From positions 21,390,001-21,454,000 of the forward strand of contig NC_043022.1 in NCBI RefSeq assembly GCF_006345805.1: 64,000 nucleotides of DNA, read 5' to 3'. Positions 63,421 through 64,000 of this stretch are shown piece by piece; position 1 is the first letter of the stretch; each line of letters begins with the position of its first letter. The notes beneath the pieces are model-generated. The model was not told where the DNA came from, made no database searches, and saw nothing but the letters and a program-made list of their open reading frames with translations. Origin of the DNA: Octopus sinensis (Eukaryota). The position numbers and the translations under genes were made by a program.

Positions 63421-63831
63421 ACACACACACACACACAAACATACATAACATAAAAAAAAAGTTTCTATCCTATAAAACACAAACTGCAGATAAATGAAGT
63501 TTGGTAAAGGAATAAATAGATTTTTTATAGCCAAGATATGATAACTTGCCAGGATTTTCCATCCCACTCTCTTCCCATTCCTGTCCACCTCCTTACCAAT
63601 CACCGTATATTGATATGTGTTTATAATATCAGTTTTCTGCTCCATCCCATCTCTCATCCTCATTAGCAAAAATAAATCACTTTTGCAGCTTGGGATTTAT
63701 AGCAATTATTTCATAATTCTTTTATTCTTTCACTGATGCTAGTCATTGAACTGTGCTCATGTTGGTGTACAAACCTTCAAATGATTTTATATCAACTCAA
63801 ATTCTAGTATACTCGATCGAAGTAATTTGTT

Positions 63832-64000
63832 AGGCATGGCTGTGTGGTAAGAAGCTTGCTTCCCAACCACATGGTTCTGAGTTCGGTCCCACTGTGTGGC
63901 ACCTTGGGCAAGTGTCTATTACTATAGCCTCAAGCTGACCAAAGCCTGGTGAGTGAATTTGGTAGACGGAAACTGAAAGAAGGTGGCGAGCTGGCAGAAA
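63832..64000 (+). mobile_element. SINE family A 5' half joined to a family B head at the window edge
   Basis: ...ggaaactgaaagaag|gtggcgagctggcagaaa, same junction as at 50278. Confidence 0.8.

Overview
This is eukaryotic, AT-rich, repeat-saturated DNA. The SINE, LINE and microsatellite complement looks like an octopus (coleoid cephalopod) genome; this is an inference from repeat families, not a database match. I could not support any intact host protein-coding gene, tRNA, rRNA or CRISPR array, and most listed ORFs are translations of microsatellites or SINEs. The window holds dozens of tRNA-derived SINE copies from several families and decayed non-LTR retrotransposons. The latter are a frameshifted R4/Dong-type element at 3.6-6.4 kb plus a second fragment, an RTE at 10.7-13.3 kb plus fragments, a CR1 3' end, two HERO-like 3' ends and Penelope-like remnants. 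It also holds TTAA-flanked MITEs, a 340-bp foldback and several minisatellites. Four observations stand out. (1) A complete hammerhead catalytic core in a non-standard, pseudoknotted strand order sits in the 3' UTR of a HERO-like element (54.49-54.54 kb), with a covarying stem in a second HERO copy. (2) Four same-strand hammerhead-bearing units are stacked in one (TA)n locus at 33.3-34.35 kb. (3) A (TAA)n-targeted stack contains the Dong-like LINE plus an unclassified ~550-bp retroposon. (4) SINE multimer and SINE-in-SINE junctions recur identically at separate loci. All of this was read by eye, so repeat boundaries are approximate (about +/-20 bp) unless motif positions are given.
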